From contig NW_025963791.1 in NCBI RefSeq assembly GCF_023055435.1, forward strand, positions 21,204,001 to 21,268,000: a stretch of DNA of 64,000 nt, read 5' to 3'. Below are positions 23,301 through 35,300 of this stretch, piece by piece. Positions within the stretch are counted from its first letter, which is position 1. Each line of letters opens with the position of its first letter. The translations under genes were made by a program, and so were the position numbers. This DNA comes from Haliotis rufescens (Eukaryota). The notes beneath the pieces were generated by a model. It did not search any database. It was not told where the DNA came from and worked only from the letters and a program-made list of their open reading frames with translations.

Positions 23301-26300
23301 GACAAGGCAGGTGCTTGTAGGTGAGTGAGTGAGTGAGTGAGTGAGTGAGTGAGTGAGTGAGTGAGTGAGTGAGTGAGTGAGTGAGTGAGTGAGTGAGTGA
23401 GTTCCATGCCTACAACATGACAAGGCAGGTGCTTGTAGGTGATTGAGTGAGTAAGATTTGAAGCAGGATACAGTGCTGAAAGCCATGAGCATGGGTATGG
23501 TGCTAGCAAACCTAGAAACCTAATGAGTACAAACTGGGATTCGAACCCATGCTCATAAGATTCATTAATGCCTAAGGGATGCAACTCTGCATGCCCCAGG
23601 TGCATGCAGGGCTTATTTCATATCATGAGTTGAGTTTCAATCAGACAACTTGACTGTTCTTAAATTCCTGATGTCTACAAAAAGGAAAATGGAATAATGC
23701 TGTTACATACAACTGGTGGAATTTCATTAGTTGTCGTATGCATCACCCAAAATTACACTTACGTCCATAGAAATATTATATTCTATGCTATTATAGTAAT
23801 GCTATTTTTCAGGCCATTATCATTTGCAGAAGCCCGAGGTCTTCCATTAACTGCCCGACAAAGGAGTGCGGTTGAAAAGACCGAGGGCTTCTGCAAATGA
23901 TAATGCCCCGAAAAATAGCATTACCGTTATTATAGCTAAAAATGGATTGAATTTGTTATCAGATAAAAAGAAATAACAATATCGATTTTGAAATATTTAC
24001 TGTAATCAACACGAATGTCACTGACCCACTTTTACAAAAATGGAAACGTCAGAGAACAAATCAGATAACATCACTATTGAACGTGATGTCACCTATCCCT
24101 ATCCTATGACATCACCTAACAACGGGCGTGATAATGGCCCATCATCAAGCAATATGAGGGAATTATCAAGTTACAGAGGCCCGCTCATTTCTGATTAAAT
24201 GCAGGCAGTTTTATGATAATTCCATCAATTTTAGCTCTAATACTCTTTAAGTTGTTTAGGTGTGACCTTTGGAGGTTATAAGTGCCAACAAGAATAAGAT
24301 CTCTTAATCAATCTTCATTTCAAACTTCCAGCTAGATAGATGAAAAGAATTTAGATAGTTTGTCCTTATCCTCATTGCCATCGATAATATCCATTACAAG
24401 TTCTGAATCCTGAGGTTTATTTATATACTACTCTACTTTCGACAGGGATATTTACAACTTTCCATATACACAAAACTGATTCTCATATGTCAAGTATATA
24501 TTTCAATAGAATGACAACCTGATTATCCCTTTCAAACATTGAGTAGTACAGGAAGCATGTTCGTATGGTCATCATTTCAATGTGTTTGTGCAGATTACAT
24601 GTTTGATAATACATTTATCGCAGGCTTCATAAAATATACATTTCCAAAAGGTATTTTTGTCCCCAAAACTGTGATTCATAAGTTATTGTAACCTTGCCAT
24701 AATGATTGAACTGTGCTATTGATACTGTAATACAAACTATTTTCTTTTTTTTTGTTTTGTTTGTTGTTAACGCTGCACTCAGCTATATGACGGCGGTCTG
24801 TGTAAATAATCGAGTCTGGACCAGACAATCCAGTGATTGATATCATGAGCATCAATACACGCAATTGGGATCAATGACATACATCAACCAAGTCAGCGAG
24901 CCAGACCACCCGATCCTGTTAGTCACCTTTTACGTCAAGCATAGTCGCCTTTTACAGCAAGCATGGGTTGCTGAAGACCTATTCTACTCCGGATCTTCAC
25001 GGGTCGTAATACAAGTAATCTGGAACCTGACATCATGGAGGTTATATGTAGATTAGTTCAATCTCATTAAAATCAGGTCTTAGTGCATTGCAGGTCATGT
25101 CAGAATGACATTTCGGGAACCCTGACCGACCAATGAAATGACTAACAAGAAATCTACATAAGCCAACCAGAAAGCAGTTTTCTCAAGTTTTACGACACTA
25201 GTGTCAGACAGACAACAGTCAATCCAGACAATGCTTTGACAAATATTTTGAAAAGTTCTCTATTCACAACCTGAAAACTGAACAAAAGAAAATTCGTGAA
25301 TGTCTAATAGATGGCAGTACTTCTCACTGGCTATGGAAAATCTCTTCAGTTTCAAATTTGTTCCCTGCGAGACAAATGATGATTTTGACGGAATTAGACG
25401 AACAGAATTAGACTTATTAGAATGTCATTGGGAATATGCAAGTTGTTCTGTCGTGACATGTAACAGGATGTCCTGAGATCTTTGTTTAGCAGCAGCAAGA
25501 ACAAAGATCTGATTTTTATGAGATTGAGATTAGTGTTGAGGATGCGCAAGTAGCCTGTTTGCAACACCCACCTTGATGGTGCCATTCCTGGCGCCGGTCA
25601 TGAGTCTCCTGTACGTCTCATCAAAGACCATGCAGGTGATCTCCTCGTCTCCATGGGCATTGGAGAACACAATAGACTTCCTGCCACTCTCAATGTCCCA
25701 GACAGCGATACAGGACGAGTCACAGCCGGTTACGACCTGTTGGAACACATACACACTTAATCTCAACACTGAGGAATGAAGACATATTTCCAATACACTT
25801 CTACCACAAGAGTAAACGCAAACACTAAATAGATGACACAAAGGATGAGGTAGGATGAAGGCTCTTTCATAATATTTTGGCCAGATTGAAATGTCAGATG
25901 ACAAATCAGATACATGTATGTTTAAATAGCTGACCACAAGCAATTTTCCTTTCTTAAAACTAGAACACATTTTGGACTTACAGCAGAACAATATTTGTAA
26001 GAATGGCCAAACTGAGAGAAAAAGGCCTAACCATGAGTCCATGACACAAGATTATTTTTTTCACCATATATGAAAGATTATTCTGAGAAAATCAGCATCC
26101 TAAAAAAAGGCCTTTTAAGTTTTAACACATTTAATTTTTACTCATACATTTAGACAAAAGTCCAGTATATAAAGTGTTGCCATTAACAAAGAACTCATCC
26201 ATATGATCACATCTGTTAAATTTCATAACGATTTCTACAAGTTTAGATCATTTCTCAAATTATGCAGATCTTTTAGGCCAAAGGCAAGATGGGACCAAAC

Positions 26301-29300
26301 TACTATACCTGTGGCACTACTTATATACCAAACCTAGGTACCAGGTATCAGTAGACAAACATTACATGTTTCCTGATTTGCGGGTGTTATTGAGTAGTAT
26401 TTGATGCCTGGACATTCCATATGGAACTGACATTGTTAGCCAGAGGTTTCAAATGTTAAATTTCAATAAGCCACATGTAAGTGCATATGTACCTGTTTGA
26501 AGAAGTGGTTGTAAATGGCACAACACAGCTGTGTATCATGTGTGGTGGGCATTACGCTCTGTGGTGCTGCCACCTGCCCAAGCTTCAGCATGCCGATGTA
26601 GTCGTTGCTGGTAACGAGCACTGCGCTGTGTGGCGCCCCCTGCAAGTGGAGAGGGAACTGACCGTGTTCTGGCATCCGTCCGTGGATGCTGCTAGGGAAC
26701 TTGAGTTGCACCGTTTGAAGACAAGTGTGTTCTCGGATGTCCCACACCTTTATCACCTATAGGAGAAAACATGCCCTGTGTAAAGTGATGTCCAATACCG
26801 TTATCACCTATAGGAGAAAACATGCTCTGTGTAAAGTGATGTCCCATACCGTTATCACCTATAGGAGAAAACATGCCCTGTGTAAAGTGATGTCCCATAC
26901 CGTTATCACCTATAGGAGAAAACATGCCCTGTGTAAAGTGATGTCACACGCTGTTATCACCTTCAGGAGAAAACATGCCCCTTGTAAAGTGATGTCACAC
27001 ACTGTTATCACCTATAGGAGAAAACATGCCCCTCGCAAAGTGATGTCACACACTGTTATCACCTACAGGAGAAAACATGCCCTTTGTAAATTGATGTCAC
27101 ATGCTTTATCACCTATAGGAGAAAACATGCCCCTTGTAAAGTGATGTCCCATACTGTTATCACCTACAGGAGAAAACATGCCCCTTGTAAAGTGATGTTC
27201 AACACTTTTATCACCTATAGAAGAAACTTGCCACTTAAAAAGTAATGTTCCACACCTTTATCGCGTATAGAAGAAACTTGCCACTTAAAATGTGATGTTC
27301 CACACTTTTATCGCCTATAGAAGAAACTTGCCCCTTAAAAAGTAATGTTCCACATCTTTATCGCCTATAGAAGAAACTTGCCACTTAAAAAGTAATGTTC
27401 CACATCTTTATCGCCTATAGACGAAATTTGCCACTTAAAAAGTAATGTTCCACACCTTTATCGCCTATAGAAGAAACTTGCCACTTAAAAAGTGATGTTC
27501 CACACCTTTATCGCCTATAGAAGAAACTTGCCACTTAAAAAGTGATGTACCACATCTTTATCGCCTATAGAAGAAACTTGCCACTAAAAAAAAGTAATGT
27601 TCCACATCTTTATCGCCTATAGAAGAAACTTGCCCCTTAAAAAGTGATGTTCAACACCTTTATCGCCTATAGAAGAAACTTGCCCCTTAAAAAGTAATGT
27701 TCCACATCTTTATCGCCTATAGAAGAAACTTGCCACTTAAAAAGTAATGTTCCACATCTTTATCGCCTATAGACGAAATTTGCCACTTAAAAAGTAATGT
27801 TCCACACCTTTATCGCCTATAGAAGAAACTTGCCACTTAAAAAGTGATGTTCCACACCTTTATCGCCTATAGAAGAAACTTGCCACTAACAAAGTGATGT
27901 TCTACACCTTTATTGCATATAGAAGAAACTTGCCCCTTAAAAAGTGATGTTCCACATCTTTATCACCTATAGAAGAAACTTGCCCCTTAAAAAGTGATAT
28001 TCAACACCTTTATCGCCTATAGAAGAAACTAGCCACTTAAAAAGTGATGTTTCACACCTTTATCACCTATAGAAGAAACTAGCCCCTTAAAAAGTGATGT
28101 TCAACACCTTTATCGCCTATAGAAGAAACTAGCCCCTTAAAAAGTGATGTTCCACACCTTTATCACCTATAGAAGAAATTTGCCACTTAAAAAGTGATGT
28201 TCCACATCTTTATCGCCTATAGAAGAAACTTGCCACTTAAAAAGTGATGTTCCACACCTTTATCACCTATAGAAGAAATTTGCCACTTAAAAAGTAATGT
28301 TCCACACCTTTATCGCCTATAGAAGAAACTAGCCCCTTAAAAAGTGATGTTCCACATCTTTATCGCCTATAGAAGAAACTTGCCACTTAAAAAGTAATGT
28401 TCCACACCTTTATTGCATATAGAAGAAACTTGCCCCTTATAATGTGATGTTCCACATCTTTATCGCCTGTAGGAGATTTCTTATAATCATGTATATGCTT
28501 TTGCTGCTTTCATTTACTGCAGGCATTCCAGGTATCAGTGGGAGTATTCTTTTCAAGAGATTATCAGTAACCTCATTCAAGTCAACCCTAACAAAATATT
28601 ATTAGCATAGACCAAACATATCTATAAAAGAAATAGTTAATTTTATTTCAAACAATCTTATTTCATTCCAATACATTTTGCATATGTAATAAAACCCTTC
28701 AGTTATTCATTTCAGTAACAGCAGAAACAAAAACATTTACAAAAAATATGAATAAATCCTAATGCAACAGTCACTCTAAAAGCCATGCACTGCTACAAAA
28801 TAAAAATGATACGATACTTACTTGTCACCCATTGTCCCTACAACCTAGCCGTGTTCACACTACCCAAACAATGGCAGCTGTATCTGTCTTGATGCAGACA
28901 ACTCATTTAGGCCGCTCAGATATTCTAATTGCAGCATTGCAGCAGTAAGTTGTCTGACAAGACTGTTTAGATATCGGTATCAGATTTTGTCATGGTGATA
29001 CGAAATAAGAAGAGATGAACTAGACAAAACAAAGCTGATCGACAGGTGACCTTGTGACATGACCTGGGTTACGACATAAAATGACACAAAAGTTAGTCAC
29101 AATATTTGTAAGAATACACACAACCAATGGCATGTGTTTGGAATGCTATGCTATACACTATAATGAGTGAGTATGGTTTTACGCCGATTTTTGAGCAATG
29201 TTCCAGCAATATCATGGTAGGGGACACCAGAAATAGGCTTCACACATTGTACCCATTTTGGGAATCCAACCCGGGTCTTTGGCGTGACGAGCGAACGCTT

Positions 29301-32300
29301 TAACCACTAGGCTACCCTACCGCCCCCTATACACCATAAAGGCCAAGTTATGTTTCTTGCTACTGTTCGCAATTTCCTGAGAAAACTTCTTGTTGGTTTG
29401 AATCGCAAAATGACAAAGTGAAACACAGCCCCACTCTGTCACCATAACGTTAATCACATTTCTGTTTCACTTTGGAGTGATATATAATTGATAATACTTT
29501 GCATTGTAAGACCTCTTATTGGCTGGTTTACAAAATGTTTGGCTTAAAATTTAATATGGCGGTCGAAAATAAAAAAATAAGAATTTCAACTTCCAGATAA
29601 GTACTGCTGCTAATGAATGAAAAACAAACAAGTTTTAACAAGATACTGAAAGATAACTCATTGTTGTTTTTTGTGAGAATAAAGACTTCAATACGGGTAC
29701 ATATTATGCACCATTTCTTACGAACAGCTGTGATAAAATCGCATGTGTTTTTTTCAGTTCATTTTCAGTCAAAACTCATTGTGTCAAACTTGGAAGTGTC
29801 AATTTTCTGATTGTCTCAAATTCACCTTCCTGTCCCTGCAAATTCCATCTATTTTTATCATAATTAACTATCTGTCGAATTGGATGTGTGGAATTCCAAT
29901 TTGCTGGTATGCAGTTAAAAAATTGAGAAATGAGTAAAATGATAAAGATTATGTTAGTTCATGTATTCTTGAGCTACGAGTATCAGATCTTACTATACCT
30001 AAGAAGAGAATATTAACAGTGAAGACTATTGATAAGTACAAAGTAACTCCTACAGTATACAGGGGGCTATCCAAAGCTGACATTGCAAATGGGTTTGGTA
30101 TTCCAAGAAATACTTTGTTCAAATGGATAAAAAATACTGACAAAGACCTTTTTCAAATGTAAAGAATCCGTATTCTTATTACCATTCCATCTTTTTAAGC
30201 CTTTTCAAAATGGCAATATGTTTGAAGTTGTTACAACGTGATATTGAATTGTTTGTGAATACAAAAATGAATTACATATGGTTATCGACGTTGAATCGTA
30301 GTATGAAACAAAACATGACTAGATAACATGTCATAATCTCTCATAACATGATGTTTGGTTTTCGAAAATGCACATTAGTTGGTTGTCTTGAACTCTGGAT
30401 AACTCAAACTTTTTTCCAGGTCCTCGAGTTTAACACAAGAAAGTTTGACTGTAATTGTAGAACAGAGTTGGCGCCGCTCAAAGTTGTCAGAAGTAAATTC
30501 TTTCTTTGAATTTCAGGAATCTTTTTGTAAGTCGATTATGTAAACCAACTTAAAAAATAAAAGGCCTAATGGGTGACAAACATGACATTCTGTCAATGTA
30601 ACAGATTTCAAATTTGATTCAAAGAGCATAATATTATTGCCTGACAAAACATGCATATTTAATACAATTGAGAAAGGACTAAAAATATCAGGAAATATTT
30701 ATTGTCAAAAAGCACATCTTATGTTGATTAATAATGATAAAAGTGACACTTTCTCTTTTGTGAATTAAATATGCAATCTCTGGAGCCAGTTGGCAAGTAA
30801 GTATGTGGGATTTGGCCTACAGGACAGTTTTATATTAGCTGCTTGTTTCAAGGACCACAGGTTATTATTCTGCCTCTAAACCCCCAAGGACAAAAGGGTT
30901 AGTGACGCCACAGCATGCACAGAACATGGTAGACAAGTTCCCAAGAAACACATCTTAGCACATAGATGAGACAAAGATACAAATATATTAATTCCACTGA
31001 ATGGTATAGTGGTTCCATATCACGTATGACAAAATCTGAAGCATTTTTGCGCTATCATCACACTCATTAAACTATGTCAATACAAACCGCATCCTTGGAA
31101 TAGCTGAACACTTGTCGGAAACCCTCATGAATAGCAATACCGATGACGCCAGTAGCATGACCAACAAGGACTGTGATTGGTTTACTCGTGACGTACGGGT
31201 TCCACAGACGGATGTAGTGGTCGGAGCTACCAGTTGCCAGGATGTTGATGTTCTTGTTGTAGTCAAAACACTCAACACCCTACAGACACAAAAGAGCTGT
31301 ACAGGCTATTGTTGTTGGAAACCATTTGTTTTAGATATCCTACAAATCAGCAAACATTCTTTTCCTAGACATAATTAAGGCAAAATGTCCCTGACCTTAC
31401 AATAATTGACAGTGAGGTTTCCTGTTTGGGTTTTGGACAAACCAGATTTCACTGTATTTGTAATTGCTTCACATGGTTGGAGTAGAAACGTTTGTTCCAT
31501 CTGGAAGTCTCTGTGTCAGTTCTGTGAAGTATAGCAATGTGAAAGGATAGGACATCTAAATGCTCAGGCTAGTTCTGTGGATAGCAATCTTCCAGAAAAA
31601 TCATGGACGGGTACATCAGAAATCGGCTTCAAACTATGTGGGGATTCAAACCCAGGCCTTTGGCATTACGAGCTAATGCTTAAACCACCACCGGAGGTCA
31701 CCGAACAGGACACAGCATTCTATGGTATGCAAAGGGTTTCTGTGCGAGATCAGAGCATGAAAAACTTTCAGTATGAAAAGAAAAACATCAATGCCTTAGG
31801 AGTATTCATATTCATAAGACCGCCTCCGTGGTCTAGTGGTACAGCATCTGCCCGGAGAACGGAAGGACCGGGGTTTGATCCCCGGCCGCGTCATACCAAA
31901 AGACGTTAAAAGAATCTTGTACGCGACGTTAAACCCGATTTCACCTCACCTCACCTCAAATTCATAATCTGCCACAGGAAATTGAGGCCAGTGTTTCAGT
32001 GACAGTAAATTGAACATTATGAATAAGTACATACCTTATCTACTCGGAAGACATAAGACCGCTTCAGGCTCTGGACATCGGAGATGACCACTGACTTGCG
32101 GTCACTGTCGCAGGAAGAGATGATGGAGTCACTGTCTGGCAGGAAGCGGACCTGTCTGATGATCCCGGGGTGGATGTTGGACAGAACAGAGAACTGGACA
32201 TACTTGGTGTGCTGGTGCAGGTCCTACAGCAGGAGTAGGCAACAGTTGACAACTGAACATATACGAGGAACTATAATTAAGGGAACACCAAGAAGGAAAT

Positions 32301-35300
32301 GACCAGTTTCGTTGCATGAGACACAGTTACTGAATGTGGATAGCACACTGGCTCAAACTTTACACGTTGCAAATGAATAGCCTGCCATTCATGGTGACAC
32401 ATCCTGGTTACTTCCATGTGCCAATGAATGTCACAACCACATGATTCATTGACTGGGTACAAAAAAGGAAAATGCCTCCTAGAGTGTACATGACAGCAGT
32501 GTCTAATATTCCCAAGATTTCAGTCAGACAACCAGCCTGCAAAGTTACCAGACCAAATAAGATATTGCCAGTCCAGATTTTTCTAGACAAATGGACAAAA
32601 GTAACAAAAGGGTAAACATAAGAATAGTACTGTTAAATGTAAGTTCTCAGAAAATAACAATCAACTGGTGGATTGTCAACTTAGTAACTTCATCTGATTG
32701 AAATTTTATCCATCAATTATGTGTTAACGTTTACACTTAATTTACCTCTTACATTGAACTAAAACTAGAAGGCAAAATAGGTCATTTAGGGAATACAATA
32801 GTAGCCCGACCATCTTGTATGTAACTTTTCAAAACTGACCATCCGTCTACAAAATAGACCATCTCGGACTGTAGGGCAGGCGGGTATTTTAAACATTGAT
32901 GACAGAAAAAGAAAAAAATGTGCGCAATACACATGATTGAAGCTGGCCAATCACAGAATGCAGTTGTCAGACACTTAGGTAAATCTAAAAGCGTGATATC
33001 CCAAATGATGGAATGATATCGGCAAACAGGTGGTGTAGGATTAATGTGGGTAGAGGAAGGCCTTGAAAGACTCCCCAGGCAGGACTGATATAGGTGCACC
33101 AGTGTGTTGATGAACAGGTTCATTTCTGCACAAGAACTGAGGGACAACTTGAGGCCTGCCACCGGAATCCGACTTTCCAATGCTAAAAAATGGTTGAACT
33201 GAGCTTGCGTCAGAACTTTGAGTTCCAGGATGACAATGCATGTTCTCACAGAGCTCGTGTTTCAGTTGACTGTGTGAGGCAGCAAGGTGTCACACCATTA
33301 CCCCTGCCAGCCAAATCTCCAGACAGGTCACCGATTGAACACCTTTGGGATGTTCGGGGCTGAAGGGTTCGGAACCGACCTCAGTGTTACCAGAACTTGA
33401 AACAGTGTGGACAGGCCTTACAAGAAGAATGGCGACCACGGGAGACAATCCAGCATTTGATATCCAGTATGCCGAGAAGTTAACATGCCTCCATTAATGG
33501 TCATGGAGCACTGACCAGACATGGACTTTACAAGAAGATTGAATTCCACATCATTACTTTACATGTCACTTCTGAATAAGTTTTGGGGTTACCTTAAATA
33601 TTGTTCCTTGTGTATACACTTGGTGTGATGGTGCAGGTCCTATGACCTGGGTTGACCAAGTGGTTGTATATACATATCCATCTTCCTGAGGCAAGAGAAT
33701 TAACTGACTTTAAAAGACCAGTTCCGAACTAGGCTGGAATTCCTGGGCTCAATCATAGCGCCACCAATGGCTATTACATGTTATATCCCATCTAAGCCTC
33801 TCCTATGGACCAATCATATTCCACCTCCCATATCACTTGCATTTGCTTCAAACAAAATGGCGGCGCCCAGTCAAGACGATCTGATCAAAACTCAAGATCT
33901 ATATTGTGATAAAACGGGTCTTACATCGCGAAGTGCATCAAACCACTTGAGCACCTTGATTAAAAACATGAAAAGATTTGTAAAATATCTGTTGACAACA
34001 ATTTGGCGGTACATATGCTTTGCAAATCCTGCAATCGATCAAAATCTGCACGACAGTTTACTATCCGGATTTCAATTTCGATGCGCGATTTTGATTGGAC
34101 TATGCATAGACTCGTTAGGCCAGCCAAAACTCCAAAATACCAGCCTAGTTCGGCAAGGGTGGAAACTGGACTTTAATAGTCAGTTAACTCCCTTGCCTCG
34201 GGAAGATGATCCATATCAGAAGAGTGCAAACAATTTCATTTCATACAATGTTTTACTTTTACAAGTTTATTACACCTTGAAATGTGTTTACCTGCATGAA
34301 TATCTTCTGAACTCCCCCTTCACTCTGGAAGGGGGTCTCGAACAGCTGTGTGATGGGTTTGTTGAAGTAGAGGAGGTTGATGTCCCCGGAGTCCACACCG
34401 AAGGCAAGCAGGGACCGATTGTTGGGGTTCTGGGGGCATGAGTGCACATCATTATGTTGGGGCTGAACCTTCTGGCATATTGTACATGTCTCGGACAGGG
34501 AAGCAACACATTGATTAGGCCTTCTTTGGATTTGTTGGTTTACATATTTGTTTCTCCAACTGTGGGTCAGGGTTGAAATAAAATACAAATATATTAACAC
34601 CTTCACTTATGGTTTTGGTTTGTAAAGAAGTCAGGTCTGCAGAGAAAAAGAATAATGATTTTCCAACTTGCTATTATGTCGCATGTATCACTTGTCGGCC
34701 AGGCAGGGAAACAATTTTAGATTATTCTATTTTCTTAAGAGTGACTATCTGGCTTTGGGGTAATAAAAACTGAAATTTTCCCTCCACATTTCTGATTCTT
34801 AGGGTCTGCAGGTCTGTAAACCAAGATTTTTAAAAATGCCATATGTAGAATATGTAGTTATTGTTAGGCTACAAAAAAAAGTTTTTGCTTCTCTCACAAA
34901 TTTGTTTCAACATCAACAGATGTTTTTTATCCATGCGTCAGACTTTTCGTTAAAAAGAAAGAAAGAAAATCTCTTATGTTCCGTCTTAGATGAAATTCTC
35001 ATGATTGGAAAACAGGATGTTTCAAAAACCTATATCTACTGAAGAAGAAATGAATTATGTCTGATACATACAAATAATGATCCTAATCTTTTCAAAAGCC
35101 TTTTTCTCTATGATAGCCAGCTAGTTGGGATAATAAAAGGCTCAAATCAGACAATTTTGAGCTAATACGTGAAATAACTAACGAGTAGGTGTTCCTGTCT
35201 ATAAAGACATCCTACCTTCTGGTCATACCAGTAGTCAAAGCAGTAGGGTACATCAGTCATTGCTGGAACAGAGAGACATGCAGATGCAAGCTTCAGGTGA

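Noticed and set aside
18193-28475. Regularly spaced repeats as CRISPR arrays
   Set aside because: Head-to-tail tandem units without unique spacers, eukaryotic intron context, no cas genes.
33767-34441. 224-aa plus-strand ORF (and the similar 15878-16225)
   Set aside because: Runs through a non-coding family E TIR element and then antisense to exon 7; no transposase motifs.
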